A DNA stretch of 64,000 bases from Reclinomonas americana ATCC 50394 (Eukaryota): assembly GCA_048213135.1 (NCBI GenBank), contig PS015009.1, positions 2,170,001 through 2,234,000 on the forward strand, in the 5' to 3' direction. The translations under genes and the position numbers were made by a program. Shown here one piece after another: positions 19,891-29,179 of this stretch (within the stretch, counting starts at the first letter, position 1; each line of letters opens with the position of its first letter). The notes beneath the pieces were generated by a model. That model worked only from the letters and a program-made list of their open reading frames with translations. It did no database searches and was not told where the DNA came from.

Positions 19891-19914
19891 AATTTTCAAA
19901 AAGTTTTGAAAATT
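19891..19914. promoter_or_regulatory. Palindromic operator candidate upstream of the GbsR/MarR regulator
   Basis: AATTTTCAAAA-AG-TTTTGAAAATT. Confidence 0.7.
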
Positions 19915-19954
19915 CAAAACTTGCGTTTATCTTTATATCATAAAAGAAGGGATT

Positions 19955-20461
19955 ATGAAATTAGCAGAAGCCAAAGCACAGTTCATCAGCAGTTGGGGAG
20001 CGTTTGGAACCCATTGGGGCATCAACCGCACCATGGCGCAGATACATGCCCTGCTGCTCATCAGTCCCGACCCGCTCACCCAGGATGACATCATGGAAGA
20101 ACTCAACATCAGCCGGGGTAACGTGAACATGAACACCCGGGACCTCATCGACTGGGGACTTGTGGAAAGGGTACTGATACCCGGCGAACGCAAGGAATTC
20201 TTCAGCGCAGAAAAGGACATCTGGAAAGTGGCCACGCAGATCGTAAAGGAAAGAAAGAAAAGGGAACTGGATCCCATGCTGAAACTGCTGAGCCAGCTCG
20301 AGAACATAGAAGAAAGCAGGAAGGACAAAGATGCCAAACAGTTTGTAGATACCATCACCGGCATCCGCAAATTTGGCAACCAGGCCGATAAAATGCTCGA
20401 CGTGATGATCAGGGCTGATGAAAACTGGTTCCTCAGCAATATGCTCAAACTATTCAAATAA
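19955..20461 (+). CDS. GbsR/MarR-family transcriptional regulator
   Basis: WGINRTMAQIHALL, ISRGNVNMN, L.DWGLV...GERKEFF. Confidence 0.88.
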   Translation: MKLAEAKAQFISSWGAFGTHWGINRTMAQIHALLLISPDPLTQDDIMEELNISRGNVNMNTRDLIDWGLVERVLIPGERKEFFSAEKDIWKVATQIVKERKKRELDPMLKLLSQLENIEESRKDKDAKQFVDTITGIRKFGNQADKMLDVMIRADENWFLSNMLKLFK

Positions 20462-20510
20462 TCAGCCTCAAAGTACAGGCAGCCGCTATGCGGCTTTTAT
20501 TTGGCGATAT

Positions 20511-20532
20511 ATTTTCAAATATTTCTGAATTT
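20511..20532. promoter_or_regulatory. Second TTCA-N8-TGAA operator candidate
   Basis: ATTTTCAAATATTTCTGAATTT, same spacing as the 19891 site. Confidence 0.6.
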
Positions 20533-20547
20533 TTTAAACTTACAATT

Positions 20548-20898
20548 ATGAGAAACTTTAAAATAGCCGATATGTGGTTCAGTATTACACTCATCGTGGG
20601 TTTCATGGTGTACTGTATTACTGCGCAGGATATTGAATACCTGTTCATCGGGTATTTCGTGGTGGGCGGATGGCAGGTGGTGAGTATGCTGGTACACGCC
20701 GCTACCCGCACCTTCACCTATACAGGCGGCGCAAGGGTCATCTACCACTGGGTAACCTTCTTCAGCCTGGTTACCATGCCGCTGGGATCATTCTGGATAC
20801 TCTGGTTTATAGCCCCTTTCATGGCCGTGTTTTATACCTGGCTTTGTTACCATGAAGTATATGTAAAAATGAAAAGACCCCTCGCCGATTTAAAATAA
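20548..20898 (+). CDS. Hypothetical membrane protein
   Basis: About four hydrophobic segments; start set at ATG 20548. Confidence 0.7.
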   Translation: MRNFKIADMWFSITLIVGFMVYCITAQDIEYLFIGYFVVGGWQVVSMLVHAATRTFTYTGGARVIYHWVTFFSLVTMPLGSFWILWFIAPFMAVFYTWLCYHEVYVKMKRPLADLK

Positions 20899-20903
20899 CG
20901 CAT

Positions 20904-21740
20904 ATGTCAGCCAGTAATAAGATCATCATTTACGACGACGCCTGCCCCCTTTGCGCAGCCTATACCAGTGCCTTTGTCAGCACAGGACTCATCAATCCGG
21001 AAGGAAGAAAAGATTTCAGTCACCTCGACGAAGAACTGTTGCCTCTTCTCGACACAGAACGTTGCAGGCAGGAGATCCCCGTTATCGACAGGCAAACCCG
21101 CCAGGTGTGGTACGGCATCGACGGTTTGCTGGAAATACTCGGCCATAAATACAACTGGATAAAAAAGACAGGACATATCCGCCCGGTAAAATGGATGCTG
21201 TACAAAATATACCGGCTTATCTCTTACAACAGGCGGGTGATTGTGGCCAATGCTGCGCCCGCCGGCAATTTCGACTGTACCCCGCAATTCAATACCCGCT
21301 ACAGGACCTTGCTGCTCGCCCTGTTTCTCCTGGTGAATACTTTCCTGTTATTACCGGTACGGGACTATGTGATGCAGAACAGTTACTTCTCCGCGTCAAC
21401 CGCCTTCTCCCTGCAACTGGTGCACTTTGGCCTGGTGGCGCTGAATATCATGTTGTGTTTTTCACTGCCCAGGATAACGGCCTGGGAATACATCGGGCAG
21501 ATCAGCATGCTGGCACTTTGCATGCTGTTGCTGCTGCTGCCGCTGGTATTGCTGAATCGTTTGTTACCGGAAATGTATGACCTCAATAATCTTTACCTCG
21601 GCGCCCTGTGTTGTTTTTTTATTTACGAATACAGGCGGCGTATGCGTTTCGCCGGTATACTCAGGCAATATAAATGGATCGTGGCCATACATGTTGCGGC
21701 CATCTGCGGTTTCCTCTTATTTCTCTCTGTAAAACTGTAA
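20904..21740 (+). CDS. DCC1-like thiol-disulfide oxidoreductase with a C-terminal membrane domain
   Basis: YDDACPLC (DxxCxxC) followed by TM helices. Confidence 0.75.
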   Translation: MSASNKIIIYDDACPLCAAYTSAFVSTGLINPEGRKDFSHLDEELLPLLDTERCRQEIPVIDRQTRQVWYGIDGLLEILGHKYNWIKKTGHIRPVKWMLYKIYRLISYNRRVIVANAAPAGNFDCTPQFNTRYRTLLLALFLLVNTFLLLPVRDYVMQNSYFSASTAFSLQLVHFGLVALNIMLCFSLPRITAWEYIGQISMLALCMLLLLLPLVLLNRLLPEMYDLNNLYLGALCCFFIYEYRRRMRFAGILRQYKWIVAIHVAAICGFLLFLSVKL

Positions 21741-21744
21741 TATC

Positions 21745-22722
21745 ATGAATGGCAAAAAGATCATCATCGCAGGCGGCACCGGTTTTATCGGCCAGTACCT
21801 CTGCAACTATTTTGGAAAAGATAATGAAGTGATCGTACTCACCCGCGGAACAAAAGGAGAGAAGGACAACGCTTTCGGTGAAAACATAGTTCATCCCGGC
21901 GTGAAGATCAGTTACCTGCAATGGGATGCACAGCAGGAAGGAGAATGGACCAAAGTACTGGAGAAAGCGGATGTACTCATTAATCTCAGCGGCAAGACCG
22001 TTAACTGCAGGTACAATACAAAAAATAAAAAAGAGATACTCGGCAGCCGGGTGAACGCGACCCGGGTACTGGGCGCAGCTATACAAAAAGCCGTTCATCC
22101 GCCCAAACTGTGGATCAACGCGGCCTCCGCCACCATCTACCCGCATGCAACAGATATACCCCGCGATGAGAGCTTTACAGATTTTGCCGGTGATTTTTCT
22201 GTACAGGTATGCCAGGCCTGGGAAACAACTTTTTATGAGCAGCGCACACCTTTCACCCGTAAAGTGGCATTGCGCATGGCCATAACGCTGGGACCGGGCG
22301 GTGTAATGGTGCCATACTTCAACCTGCTGAAATACGGGCTGGGCGGGCGCCAGGGCAATGGCAGGCAAATGTACAGCTGGGTGCATATTGATGATACCTG
22401 CCGCATGATCTGCTGGATAGAGGCCAATAAAGAACTGGAAGGCACTTTCAATTGCTGCAGCCCCAGGCCAGTGACCAACGAAGTATTCATGGAAGTGTTG
22501 CGCAGGGAAACGGGCCACCGGTTTGGATTGCCCGCCTTTACCTGGATGCTGGCCATTGGCGCACCGCTGATAGGTACAGAAACGGAGCTGGTACTGAAAA
22601 GCCGCTGGGTGCTGCCTACGCGGATACTCGCCACGGGTTTCCGGTTCAAATATCCTGTACTGAAAGGAGCGCTGCATGATATCGTAGGCAAAACGAACCG
22701 TAAACAGTATCATTTGTTTTAA
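21745..22722 (+). CDS. TIGR01777/YfcH-family NAD-dependent epimerase
   Basis: GGTGFIG, INLSG, SRVNAT, VCQAWE, SWVHIDD. Confidence 0.9.
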   Translation: MNGKKIIIAGGTGFIGQYLCNYFGKDNEVIVLTRGTKGEKDNAFGENIVHPGVKISYLQWDAQQEGEWTKVLEKADVLINLSGKTVNCRYNTKNKKEILGSRVNATRVLGAAIQKAVHPPKLWINAASATIYPHATDIPRDESFTDFAGDFSVQVCQAWETTFYEQRTPFTRKVALRMAITLGPGGVMVPYFNLLKYGLGGRQGNGRQMYSWVHIDDTCRMICWIEANKELEGTFNCCSPRPVTNEVFMEVLRRETGHRFGLPAFTWMLAIGAPLIGTETELVLKSRWVLPTRILATGFRFKYPVLKGALHDIVGKTNRKQYHLF

Positions 22723-22731
22723 ATTTGTATC

Positions 22732-23136
22732 GTGGAAACACAACCCGTAATATTATTTGATGGCGTATGCAACTTCTGCAACGGTGCCGTCAATTTCGTC
22801 ATCAAGAGAGACAGGAGGTCACGCATCCGTTTCGCTACCATGCAAAGCGATGCAGCCCGTGAGCTGCTGGCACATTACCATTGGCCGGTTGATGATATGA
22901 AGTCCTTCCTGTTTATAGAGAATGGCAAGCTGTATGACAGGTCAACCGCCGCCCTGCGGGTGTGCCGCTACCTGCGTGGCGGGTGGCCTTTATGCTATGG
23001 CCTGATCATTGTACCCAAATTTATACGCGATGGTATATACAATTGGGTGGCCCGGAACCGTTATAAATGGTTTGGACAGAAAGACCAATGTATGGTGCCC
23101 ACCCCCGATGTGCGGGCGAGATTTTTAAACGGATAG
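22732..23136 (+). CDS. DCC1-like (YuxK) thiol-disulfide oxidoreductase
   Basis: FDGVCNFC, ARNRYKWFG; GTG start 4 nt after TAAATTTG. Confidence 0.9.
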   Translation: METQPVILFDGVCNFCNGAVNFVIKRDRRSRIRFATMQSDAARELLAHYHWPVDDMKSFLFIENGKLYDRSTAALRVCRYLRGGWPLCYGLIIVPKFIRDGIYNWVARNRYKWFGQKDQCMVPTPDVRARFLNG

Positions 23137-23137
23137 T

Positions 23138-23503
23138 ATGGAAAAGAAAACAACACTGGTTTTGGGCGCTTCCGCCAATCCTGCCCGGTACAGCTACCTG
23201 GCCATACAGCGTTTGCGGGCGCATGACCAGCCGGTCATTGCCATCGGCAGGCGGAAAGGGGAGGTATTTGGTGTGGAAATCGGCACCGAACCGGTTGTTA
23301 CAGATGAGGTGGATACGGTTACCCTGTACCTGAACCCCGGCCACCAGGTTTCGTATTATGATTATATCCTTTCCCTTAAACCCAGGCGCATTATTTTCAA
23401 CCCCGGCACTGAAAATCCTGAATTAGAAGAACTTGCGGAACAGAACGGGATAAAGACCCGGGAAGCCTGCACCCTGGTGATGCTGGGCACAGGCCAGTAC
23501 TGA
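23138..23503 (+). CDS. CoA-binding protein (YccU-like)
   Basis: VLGASANPARYS, DTVTLY, IIFNPGTEN, ACTLVML. Confidence 0.9.
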   Translation: MEKKTTLVLGASANPARYSYLAIQRLRAHDQPVIAIGRRKGEVFGVEIGTEPVVTDEVDTVTLYLNPGHQVSYYDYILSLKPRRIIFNPGTENPELEELAEQNGIKTREACTLVMLGTGQY

Positions 23504-23642
23504 ACTACAGCCCCGTAGAAGGCATTCTACAATTTAAAAAAAAGTTATAATTTTTCGCTTTCCGGCAATAATAATGGCAACGTTTTTGCGTTTCCTTAAA
23601 CAGAGCTAGTCCAAATATCTGTAAGAAACCAAATTCAATACC

Positions 23643-24104
23643 ATGAAACGTGCTTTACCCCACGGCCTGTTATTGCTGTTTACCGTTGTTATCACTTCAG
23701 CAGCAGTTGCACAAAGTCCGACCGGGTCGAAACCAAGGCAATTCGCCCAATTTCCCCAACTGATCAATTGCTCCCAAACCGAGCTGGCCAGGGTTTTTAC
23801 ATCCGCCAGGGGACAACAGATCACCCTTAATTTTTCCGACAACTTTATTTTCAAAGGTCAGGTCACGAGCATCGTGGCGAAATACAGCAACCTCTATTCT
23901 GCCGTTATCACTTCCCCAGATTACGACAACACCATATTCAGTGTGTCGCAGATCACCAATAAGGACAATACCGTTACCTATGTGGGGCGGATCGTCAATA
24001 AAAAATACTTCGACGGTTTTGAACTGAAACCAGGGGCGACGGGAAATTACGAACTCGTAAAAATAGAAACCGACAGGGCAATACAGGACTGCAGCCAACA
24101 CTAA
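23643..24104 (+). CDS. Secreted hypothetical protein, possible stand-alone metalloprotease propeptide
   Basis: Signal peptide; beta-rich body; Cys four residues from the C-terminus; 66 bp upstream of a zinc protease. Confidence 0.65.
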   Translation: MKRALPHGLLLLFTVVITSAAVAQSPTGSKPRQFAQFPQLINCSQTELARVFTSARGQQITLNFSDNFIFKGQVTSIVAKYSNLYSAVITSPDYDNTIFSVSQITNKDNTVTYVGRIVNKKYFDGFELKPGATGNYELVKIETDRAIQDCSQH

Positions 24105-24170
24105 CAGGTCCCGCTCTTTACTATATTAATATCCAAGCTTACATCCAACAATCCTTTTAAACCAAAAGCT

Positions 24171-25760
24171 ATGAAAAAGCCATCTACTTTATTGCTGATA
24201 ATGGCCTTGCTTTTTTCTCTGACTGCATTCAGCGTCCCTAAGCTGAGCAGCTTACCATCTGCTACCGGAACCATATTCCTTGATTTCGACGGCCATTATG
24301 TACAGGGAACAGTATGGAACGGGGGCAACCCGATCAGTTGTCCGGCTGCGGCACTCACCGATGCACAGATCACTGAAGCGTTTAACCGCGTAGCCGAAGA
24401 CTACCGTCCTTTCAATGTCAACATAACTACCGATTCCACCGTGTTCCTGCAGGCGCCGCTTAACAGGCGTATACGTGTTATCATTACGCCCAACAACAGC
24501 TGGTATCCAGGCGTTGGTGGTGTGGCTTATGTAGGCACATTCACCAGTGGTGATGATACACCTGCATTTGTGTTCAGTGAAGCATTGGGCAACAGTCCGA
24601 AAATGATCGGTGAATGCTGTTCGCACGAAAGCGGTCATACGGTTGGCCTTTCGCACCAGTCCAAGTATGATGGCGCCGATTGCGTGAACCCGGTAGAACC
24701 GTATAACAGCGGCAGTGTTACAGGCGGTGAAATAGGCTGGGCGCCAATCATGGGCAACAGCTACTACCGCAACATGAGCAACTGGAACAATGGTCCTACG
24801 CCTTACGGCTGTACGGCCAACCAGGATAACCTGTCCATCATCGTTACACAAAACGGCTTTACTTACCGTACAGATGACTTTGGCGAAACACTGAACGCAT
24901 CTACTTATACTTTACCAGCAGGTAATTTCAATGTACCGGGTATTATTACCACCAACAGCGACAGGGATGCTTTCCGCTTTGTACTGGCAGCCAATTCTAA
25001 TTTCCATTTAACTGCTATACCCTATAATGTGGGAGCCAATTATATAGGAGCCAACCTCGATATCAAACTCGAATTACTCAACAGTGCAGGTACGGTTATC
25101 AGGACCTACAACCCGGCCACTACCATGAGTGTAACTATTGACACCATACTGAATGCCGGTACTTATTTCCTGAGACTGGATGGTACAGGTAATGTCAATG
25201 TGGGTGAATATGGCAGCCTTGGTTCTTATACCCTGAGCGGCACCAGCGGGGCGCTCCCCATTCACAGTGTGGTACTCAACGGTACCATCGACAACAACAA
25301 CAAACACAGCCTGGGCTGGAACATCATAGCAGATGAACCCATCAAATCTATCGTGGTTGAACTGTCTGCTGACGGAACGAATTTCCAACCGCTCACTTAC
25401 GCCGGCGCGGGTACCAGTAAGTTTACTTACCAGCCTTACCAGTCAGGCACACTTTATTATCGTTTGAAAGTAACATCCGTACTTGATCAAACGGTGTATT
25501 CCAATACCGTGGCGCTGAAAGCCAGCGGCGCATCTGACCGCCTGTTCACCGTTTCCACTATTGTTCAGAATGATATTGTGGTGAACGCATCGGCCAATTA
25601 CCAATACAGGATCACCGATGCCAATGGCAGGACGGTAGCCACCGGTAATGGCGTTAAAGGCATCAATCGCATCAATGTATTTAACCAGCCTGCGGGCATG
25701 TATATCATACAACTGCTCAGCAATGAACAGCAGCAGGCCGAAAGAATTATAAAACAGTAA
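24171..25760 (+). CDS. T9SS-secreted zinc metalloprotease (metzincin) with a PPC-like domain and C-terminal sorting domain
   Basis: Signal peptide; IFLDFDG, HESGHTVGLSH, APIMG Met-turn; ends PAGMYIIQL...ERIIKQ. Confidence 0.85.
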   Translation: MKKPSTLLLIMALLFSLTAFSVPKLSSLPSATGTIFLDFDGHYVQGTVWNGGNPISCPAAALTDAQITEAFNRVAEDYRPFNVNITTDSTVFLQAPLNRRIRVIITPNNSWYPGVGGVAYVGTFTSGDDTPAFVFSEALGNSPKMIGECCSHESGHTVGLSHQSKYDGADCVNPVEPYNSGSVTGGEIGWAPIMGNSYYRNMSNWNNGPTPYGCTANQDNLSIIVTQNGFTYRTDDFGETLNASTYTLPAGNFNVPGIITTNSDRDAFRFVLAANSNFHLTAIPYNVGANYIGANLDIKLELLNSAGTVIRTYNPATTMSVTIDTILNAGTYFLRLDGTGNVNVGEYGSLGSYTLSGTSGALPIHSVVLNGTIDNNNKHSLGWNIIADEPIKSIVVELSADGTNFQPLTYAGAGTSKFTYQPYQSGTLYYRLKVTSVLDQTVYSNTVALKASGASDRLFTVSTIVQNDIVVNASANYQYRITDANGRTVATGNGVKGINRINVFNQPAGMYIIQLLSNEQQQAERIIKQ

Positions 25761-25781
25761 GGTAGATTCATGTGTAAGCTT

Positions 25782-25816
25782 AGGGAGTAGCGTTAGGGGC
25801 TGCTCCCTTTTTTTTT
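25782..25816 (+). terminator. Intrinsic terminator
   Basis: AGGGAGTAGC...GCTGCTCCCT followed by a T run. Confidence 0.85.
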
Positions 25817-25890
25817 GACCACAGACCACAATACTCACTATGATCGCTACCCGCTTTCGTCATCTGTTGTCCGTTGTCTATTGTCTTCTG
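25817..25890. repeat. Inverted pair of GACNACN heptamer arrays
   Basis: GACCACA x2 on the left; complementary units CTGTTGT CCGTTGT CTATTGT on the right. Confidence 0.65.
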
Positions 25891-25960
25891 CAAACGTTAT
25901 CTAATTGTCAAGGCCTAACAACGTATCGCATTTTTCCTTAACTTTAAAAAACCCCATTTT

Positions 25961-26434
25961 ATGTTCTGGAGAAAATTCAATGGAGACCCCATCCAGTTGC
26001 CCATTAAACATGCAGTGGAACAGGCCATCAAAAGAGAGACCGACGCCGGTTACCACCTCAAAGTCTGCATTGGCACCGACAGCCAGGTTAAAGGAAAAGA
26101 AACTGAATTTGCAACCGTAATTGTCTTCCTGCGGGAGGGGCACGGGGGATTCATGTTCATTCACAATGAAAAGACCTTTCACAAGTACAGCATCAAGGAA
26201 AGGATGCTGGTGGAAGTTGCCAAAAGCATTGAGATTGCTTATGAGTTGTGCGACCTGTTCACCGGGTATGATGTGGATATGGAAGTGCACGCGGACATCA
26301 ACACCAATCCGCAGTTCAAAAGCAATGAAGCCCTCAGGGAAGCCATGGGTTATATCCTGGGTATGGGCTTTGCCTTTAAGGCCAAACCTGAAGCCTTTGC
26401 CAGCAGCAGCTGTGCCAACAAAGTGGTGAACTGA
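25961..26434 (+). CDS. RNase H-like YkuK (DUF458) family protein
   Basis: IGTDSQ, RMLVEVAKSI, EVHADIN, KPEAFASSSCAN. Confidence 0.85.
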   Translation: MFWRKFNGDPIQLPIKHAVEQAIKRETDAGYHLKVCIGTDSQVKGKETEFATVIVFLREGHGGFMFIHNEKTFHKYSIKERMLVEVAKSIEIAYELCDLFTGYDVDMEVHADINTNPQFKSNEALREAMGYILGMGFAFKAKPEAFASSSCANKVVN

Positions 26435-26505
26435 CCACTGTAATTGTTCCGTTCATTTTTCATGTTCCCCTTTGCAGGAATGGGAGCAACGGAACCCCTT
26501 CCCTC

Positions 26506-26781
26506 TTATTTTGCCGTTTTTCTTTTCCGCAGCAGGCCATAAGCGCCAATGCCGAGGATGGCAATGCCGAATCCCAGCCGCAGCCACATTTGTTTTTCTT
26601 CTTTGCGTTTCCGCTCATTCATCATACTGACCAGGCCGTTGAGGTTGCGGGTATTATTTTCCATTTCCCTGGCAACGGTGGCCGAATCGGGTTTATACAT
26701 GTCGCGGTAAAGGGTGTCGCCGCCCTGTGCATATGTAAGCAGGGTACAGGATAACAGGAACAGCACGAGTGTTGATTTCAT
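26506..26781 (-). CDS. Small exported/membrane hypothetical protein
   Basis: Signal peptide, C-terminal TM, basic tail. Confidence 0.65.
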   Translation of the reverse strand: MKSTLVLFLLSCTLLTYAQGGDTLYRDMYKPDSATVAREMENNTRNLNGLVSMMNERKRKEEKQMWLRLGFGIAILGIGAYGLLRKRKTAK

Positions 26782-26832
26782 AATGATCGTTTCTGCAAAG
26801 CAAAAGAAACGACAGGGCCGGGCAATACCCGT

Positions 26833-27468
26833 TTATGGGTATTTAAAAAGGGAGGGAGCGCCGTTCTTTTCAAACAGGTCCTGGTTGGTTTCACCGATAA
26901 AGGCCAGCAATTTGTCCCTGCCGGTTTTTTTAACGGAGCTGGTCATGAAGTGGCGGGGGAGGAACTGCCAGGTCTTTTTCATCGCTTCCAGGAACGCCTT
27001 TACATTCTTACTTACTATGGCCTGGGTTTCCTTATCGGTTTTAGTGAAGATGAGGCTGAACGGGATCTGCCATATTTTTAGCTGCTCCAGGAATTCGAGG
27101 TCGATGGCCTGCGGGCTGTGCCGGGCGTCGATGAGTACGAATACCATACTCAGGTTGTCGCGTTTGCGCAGGTAGTTCTCGATCATCTGTTCCCAGCGGC
27201 GGCGGCTGCTCTGGCTCACTTTGGCAAAACCATAGCCGGGAAGATCGACCAGGTACCACTCCTGGTTCACGATAAAATGATTGATGAGTTGTGTTTTACC
27301 CGGTGCTGCCGATGTTTTGGCCAGTTTATCATTATTGCAGAGCATATTGATCAGCGACGACTTACCCACATTACTGCGGCCAATAAAAGCATATTCCGGG
27401 CGGTCGGGCGCCGGGCATTTGAGATAATCGGGGCTGCTGATGATGTACCGGGCTGATTTTACCTGCAT
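26833..27468 (-). CDS. engB: Ribosome-biogenesis GTPase EngB/YihA/YsxC
   Basis: GRSNVGKSS, DLPGYG, TKTDK; start set at ATG 27468. Confidence 0.95.
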   Translation of the reverse strand: MQVKSARYIISSPDYLKCPAPDRPEYAFIGRSNVGKSSLINMLCNNDKLAKTSAAPGKTQLINHFIVNQEWYLVDLPGYGFAKVSQSSRRRWEQMIENYLRKRDNLSMVFVLIDARHSPQAIDLEFLEQLKIWQIPFSLIFTKTDKETQAIVSKNVKAFLEAMKKTWQFLPRHFMTSSVKKTGRDKLLAFIGETNQDLFEKNGAPSLFKYP

Positions 27469-27487
27469 ATAGCAAAGATAATAGAAA

Positions 27488-27522
27488 GATGACGGACAAC
27501 CGACCACCGGCGACTGACCACA
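27488..27522. repeat. GACNACN-type heptamer array, 5 units, in the engB/ubiE divergent promoter
   Basis: GATGACG GACAACC GACCACC GGCGACT GACCACA. Confidence 0.7.
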
Positions 27523-27587
27523 AAGGACAACCATCGGCACATCAGCAAATTATCATATTGGCACATTCTTACCGTATATTTGCAGCA

Positions 27588-28331
27588 ATGACTGGTTTTG
27601 AACACGATAAAGTGGTACCCTATAAGGATTCCAGCCTGGGTAAAAAAGAGCAGGTAGCTGAGATGTTTGATGATATCGCTTTCCGCTACGATTTTCTTAA
27701 CCGGTTCCTGAGTGCGGGGATAGATGTTCGCTGGCGAAAAAAAGCCATCCTGCAGTTAAAAGATAAAAAACCACAATATATCCTGGATGTGGCTACCGGG
27801 ACAGCGGATATGGCCATTATGGCATCTGGTTTGTTACAACCCCGGAAGATAACAGGTATCGATATCAGTGAAGGCATGCTCGAAATAGGCCGGAAAAAAG
27901 TGCAAAAGCTTGGATTAGAAGGTACAATAGAACTGTTAAAGGGCGATTCGGAGACAATAAATTTTGAGAACGGGACGTTTGAGGCGGTAACCGTAGCTTT
28001 CGGGGTACGCAATTTTGAACACCTGGAAAAGGGCCTGGGCGAAATACTCAGGGTACTGAAACCGGGCGGCAAACTGGTAGTACTCGAATTCAGCCGGCCA
28101 AAAAATCCAGCTACAAAAGTATTCTACAACCTGTACATGAAGATTGTAGCGCCCAATATGGGTAAACTATTCTCGAAAAACCGCAGCGCATACCAATATC
28201 TCGACGAATCGATCAAAAAATTCCCGGAAGGGAAGAATTTTACGGCGATCCTGGATAAACTGGGATACAAAAACACATACAGTAAACCACTGAGCTTAGG
28301 CATATGCAGCATTTATTGCGGAGAAAAATAA
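27588..28331 (+). CDS. ubiE: Demethylmenaquinone/ubiquinone methyltransferase
   Basis: MFDDIA.RYD.LN, LDVATGTAD, VAFGVRNF, LEFSRP; start set at ATG 27588. Confidence 0.93.
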   Translation: MTGFEHDKVVPYKDSSLGKKEQVAEMFDDIAFRYDFLNRFLSAGIDVRWRKKAILQLKDKKPQYILDVATGTADMAIMASGLLQPRKITGIDISEGMLEIGRKKVQKLGLEGTIELLKGDSETINFENGTFEAVTVAFGVRNFEHLEKGLGEILRVLKPGGKLVVLEFSRPKNPATKVFYNLYMKIVAPNMGKLFSKNRSAYQYLDESIKKFPEGKNFTAILDKLGYKNTYSKPLSLGICSIYCGEK

Positions 28332-29035
28332 CTTTCCTACTAACCGGTATATTCTGTACCCCCCTGTTTGTTTCGGCCCAGCTCAGGGAGCGGCTGAACC
28401 TGCCCGAGCACGACGAAAAGAAGATTCACTTCGGCATCAACATCGGTATGAACAGGTCACACTTCAGTTTTACGCATCATCCCGTTTTTTTGCAGCAGGA
28501 CAGTGTAATGGTGGTGGAAAGCATCAACAGTTCGGGCTTGAACCTGGCCTGGGTGGTGGATATGAAACTCAGCGAACACTTCAGCCTGCGCAGTACGCCG
28601 GTGAACCTGAGTTTTACTGAAAAAGCATTTGAATATAATCTTAAATACCCCGATCCGCCGGTAGGAGAAGATTCTGTTACCCAAAAGAAGGTGCAGTCGA
28701 TATCGCTGATGTTTCCCATACAGGTCAAATTCACCAGCGACCGTATCGAGAACTTTAAAGTGTATATGCTGGCAGGGGTAAAAGCGGAGTATGACCTGGC
28801 ATCCAATGCCGGCGCACGCAAAGCGGAAAACCTGATCAAGCTGAAAAAATTCGATTACGGGGTACAGGCAGCAGTGGGATTCCATTTCTACTTTCCCATG
28901 TTCGTACTTACGCCTGAGTTGCGCATCGACTGGGGAATGGCTAACCTGCACAGCCGCGATAAGAACCTTAAATTCTCCTACAATATTGATAAGATCAACT
29001 CACGTATGATCAACTTCTCGCTTACGGTCGAATAA
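28304..29035 (+). CDS. porT: T9SS outer-membrane beta-barrel protein PorT/SprT
   Basis: Small beta-barrel with signal peptide; NLPEHD..KIHFG, F.LTPELR; overlaps ubiE, the usual Bacteroidota arrangement. Confidence 0.75.
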   Translation: MQHLLRRKITFLLTGIFCTPLFVSAQLRERLNLPEHDEKKIHFGINIGMNRSHFSFTHHPVFLQQDSVMVVESINSSGLNLAWVVDMKLSEHFSLRSTPVNLSFTEKAFEYNLKYPDPPVGEDSVTQKKVQSISLMFPIQVKFTSDRIENFKVYMLAGVKAEYDLASNAGARKAENLIKLKKFDYGVQAAVGFHFYFPMFVLTPELRIDWGMANLHSRDKNLKFSYNIDKINSRMINFSLTVE

Positions 29036-29066
29036 TAATTTGAAAATAACCCGATGTGAAGATATG

Positions 29067-29104
29067 AAAATGGGGTCTCCAATGCCGGAGACCCCATTTT
29101 TTGT
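29067..29104. terminator. Bidirectional intrinsic terminator
   Basis: AAAATGGGGTCTCC-AATGCC-GGAGACCCCATTTT. Confidence 0.9.
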
Positions 29105-29112
29105 ATTAAGCT

Positions 29113-29176
29113 ATTTTCAAATTTTCACATCCACACATCCGCATATCCACTCATTCGCATATCCACACATCCGCAT
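29113..29176. repeat. Octamer tandem array x8, with a complementary short arm at 29037-29068
   Basis: ATTTTCAA ATTTTCAC ATCCACAC ATCCGCAT ATCCACTC ATTCGCAT ATCCACAC ATCCGCAT; left arm includes GATGTGAA GATATGAA. Confidence 0.9.
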
Positions 29177-29179
29177 ATC

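Noticed and set aside
27469-27587. N-terminal extensions of engB and ubiE in the ORF track
   Set aside because: They run through promoter boxes and a heptamer array; downstream ATGs fit better. The same logic was applied to the track starts at 9921, 15731, 30828, 40313, 40545, 56464 and 59511.
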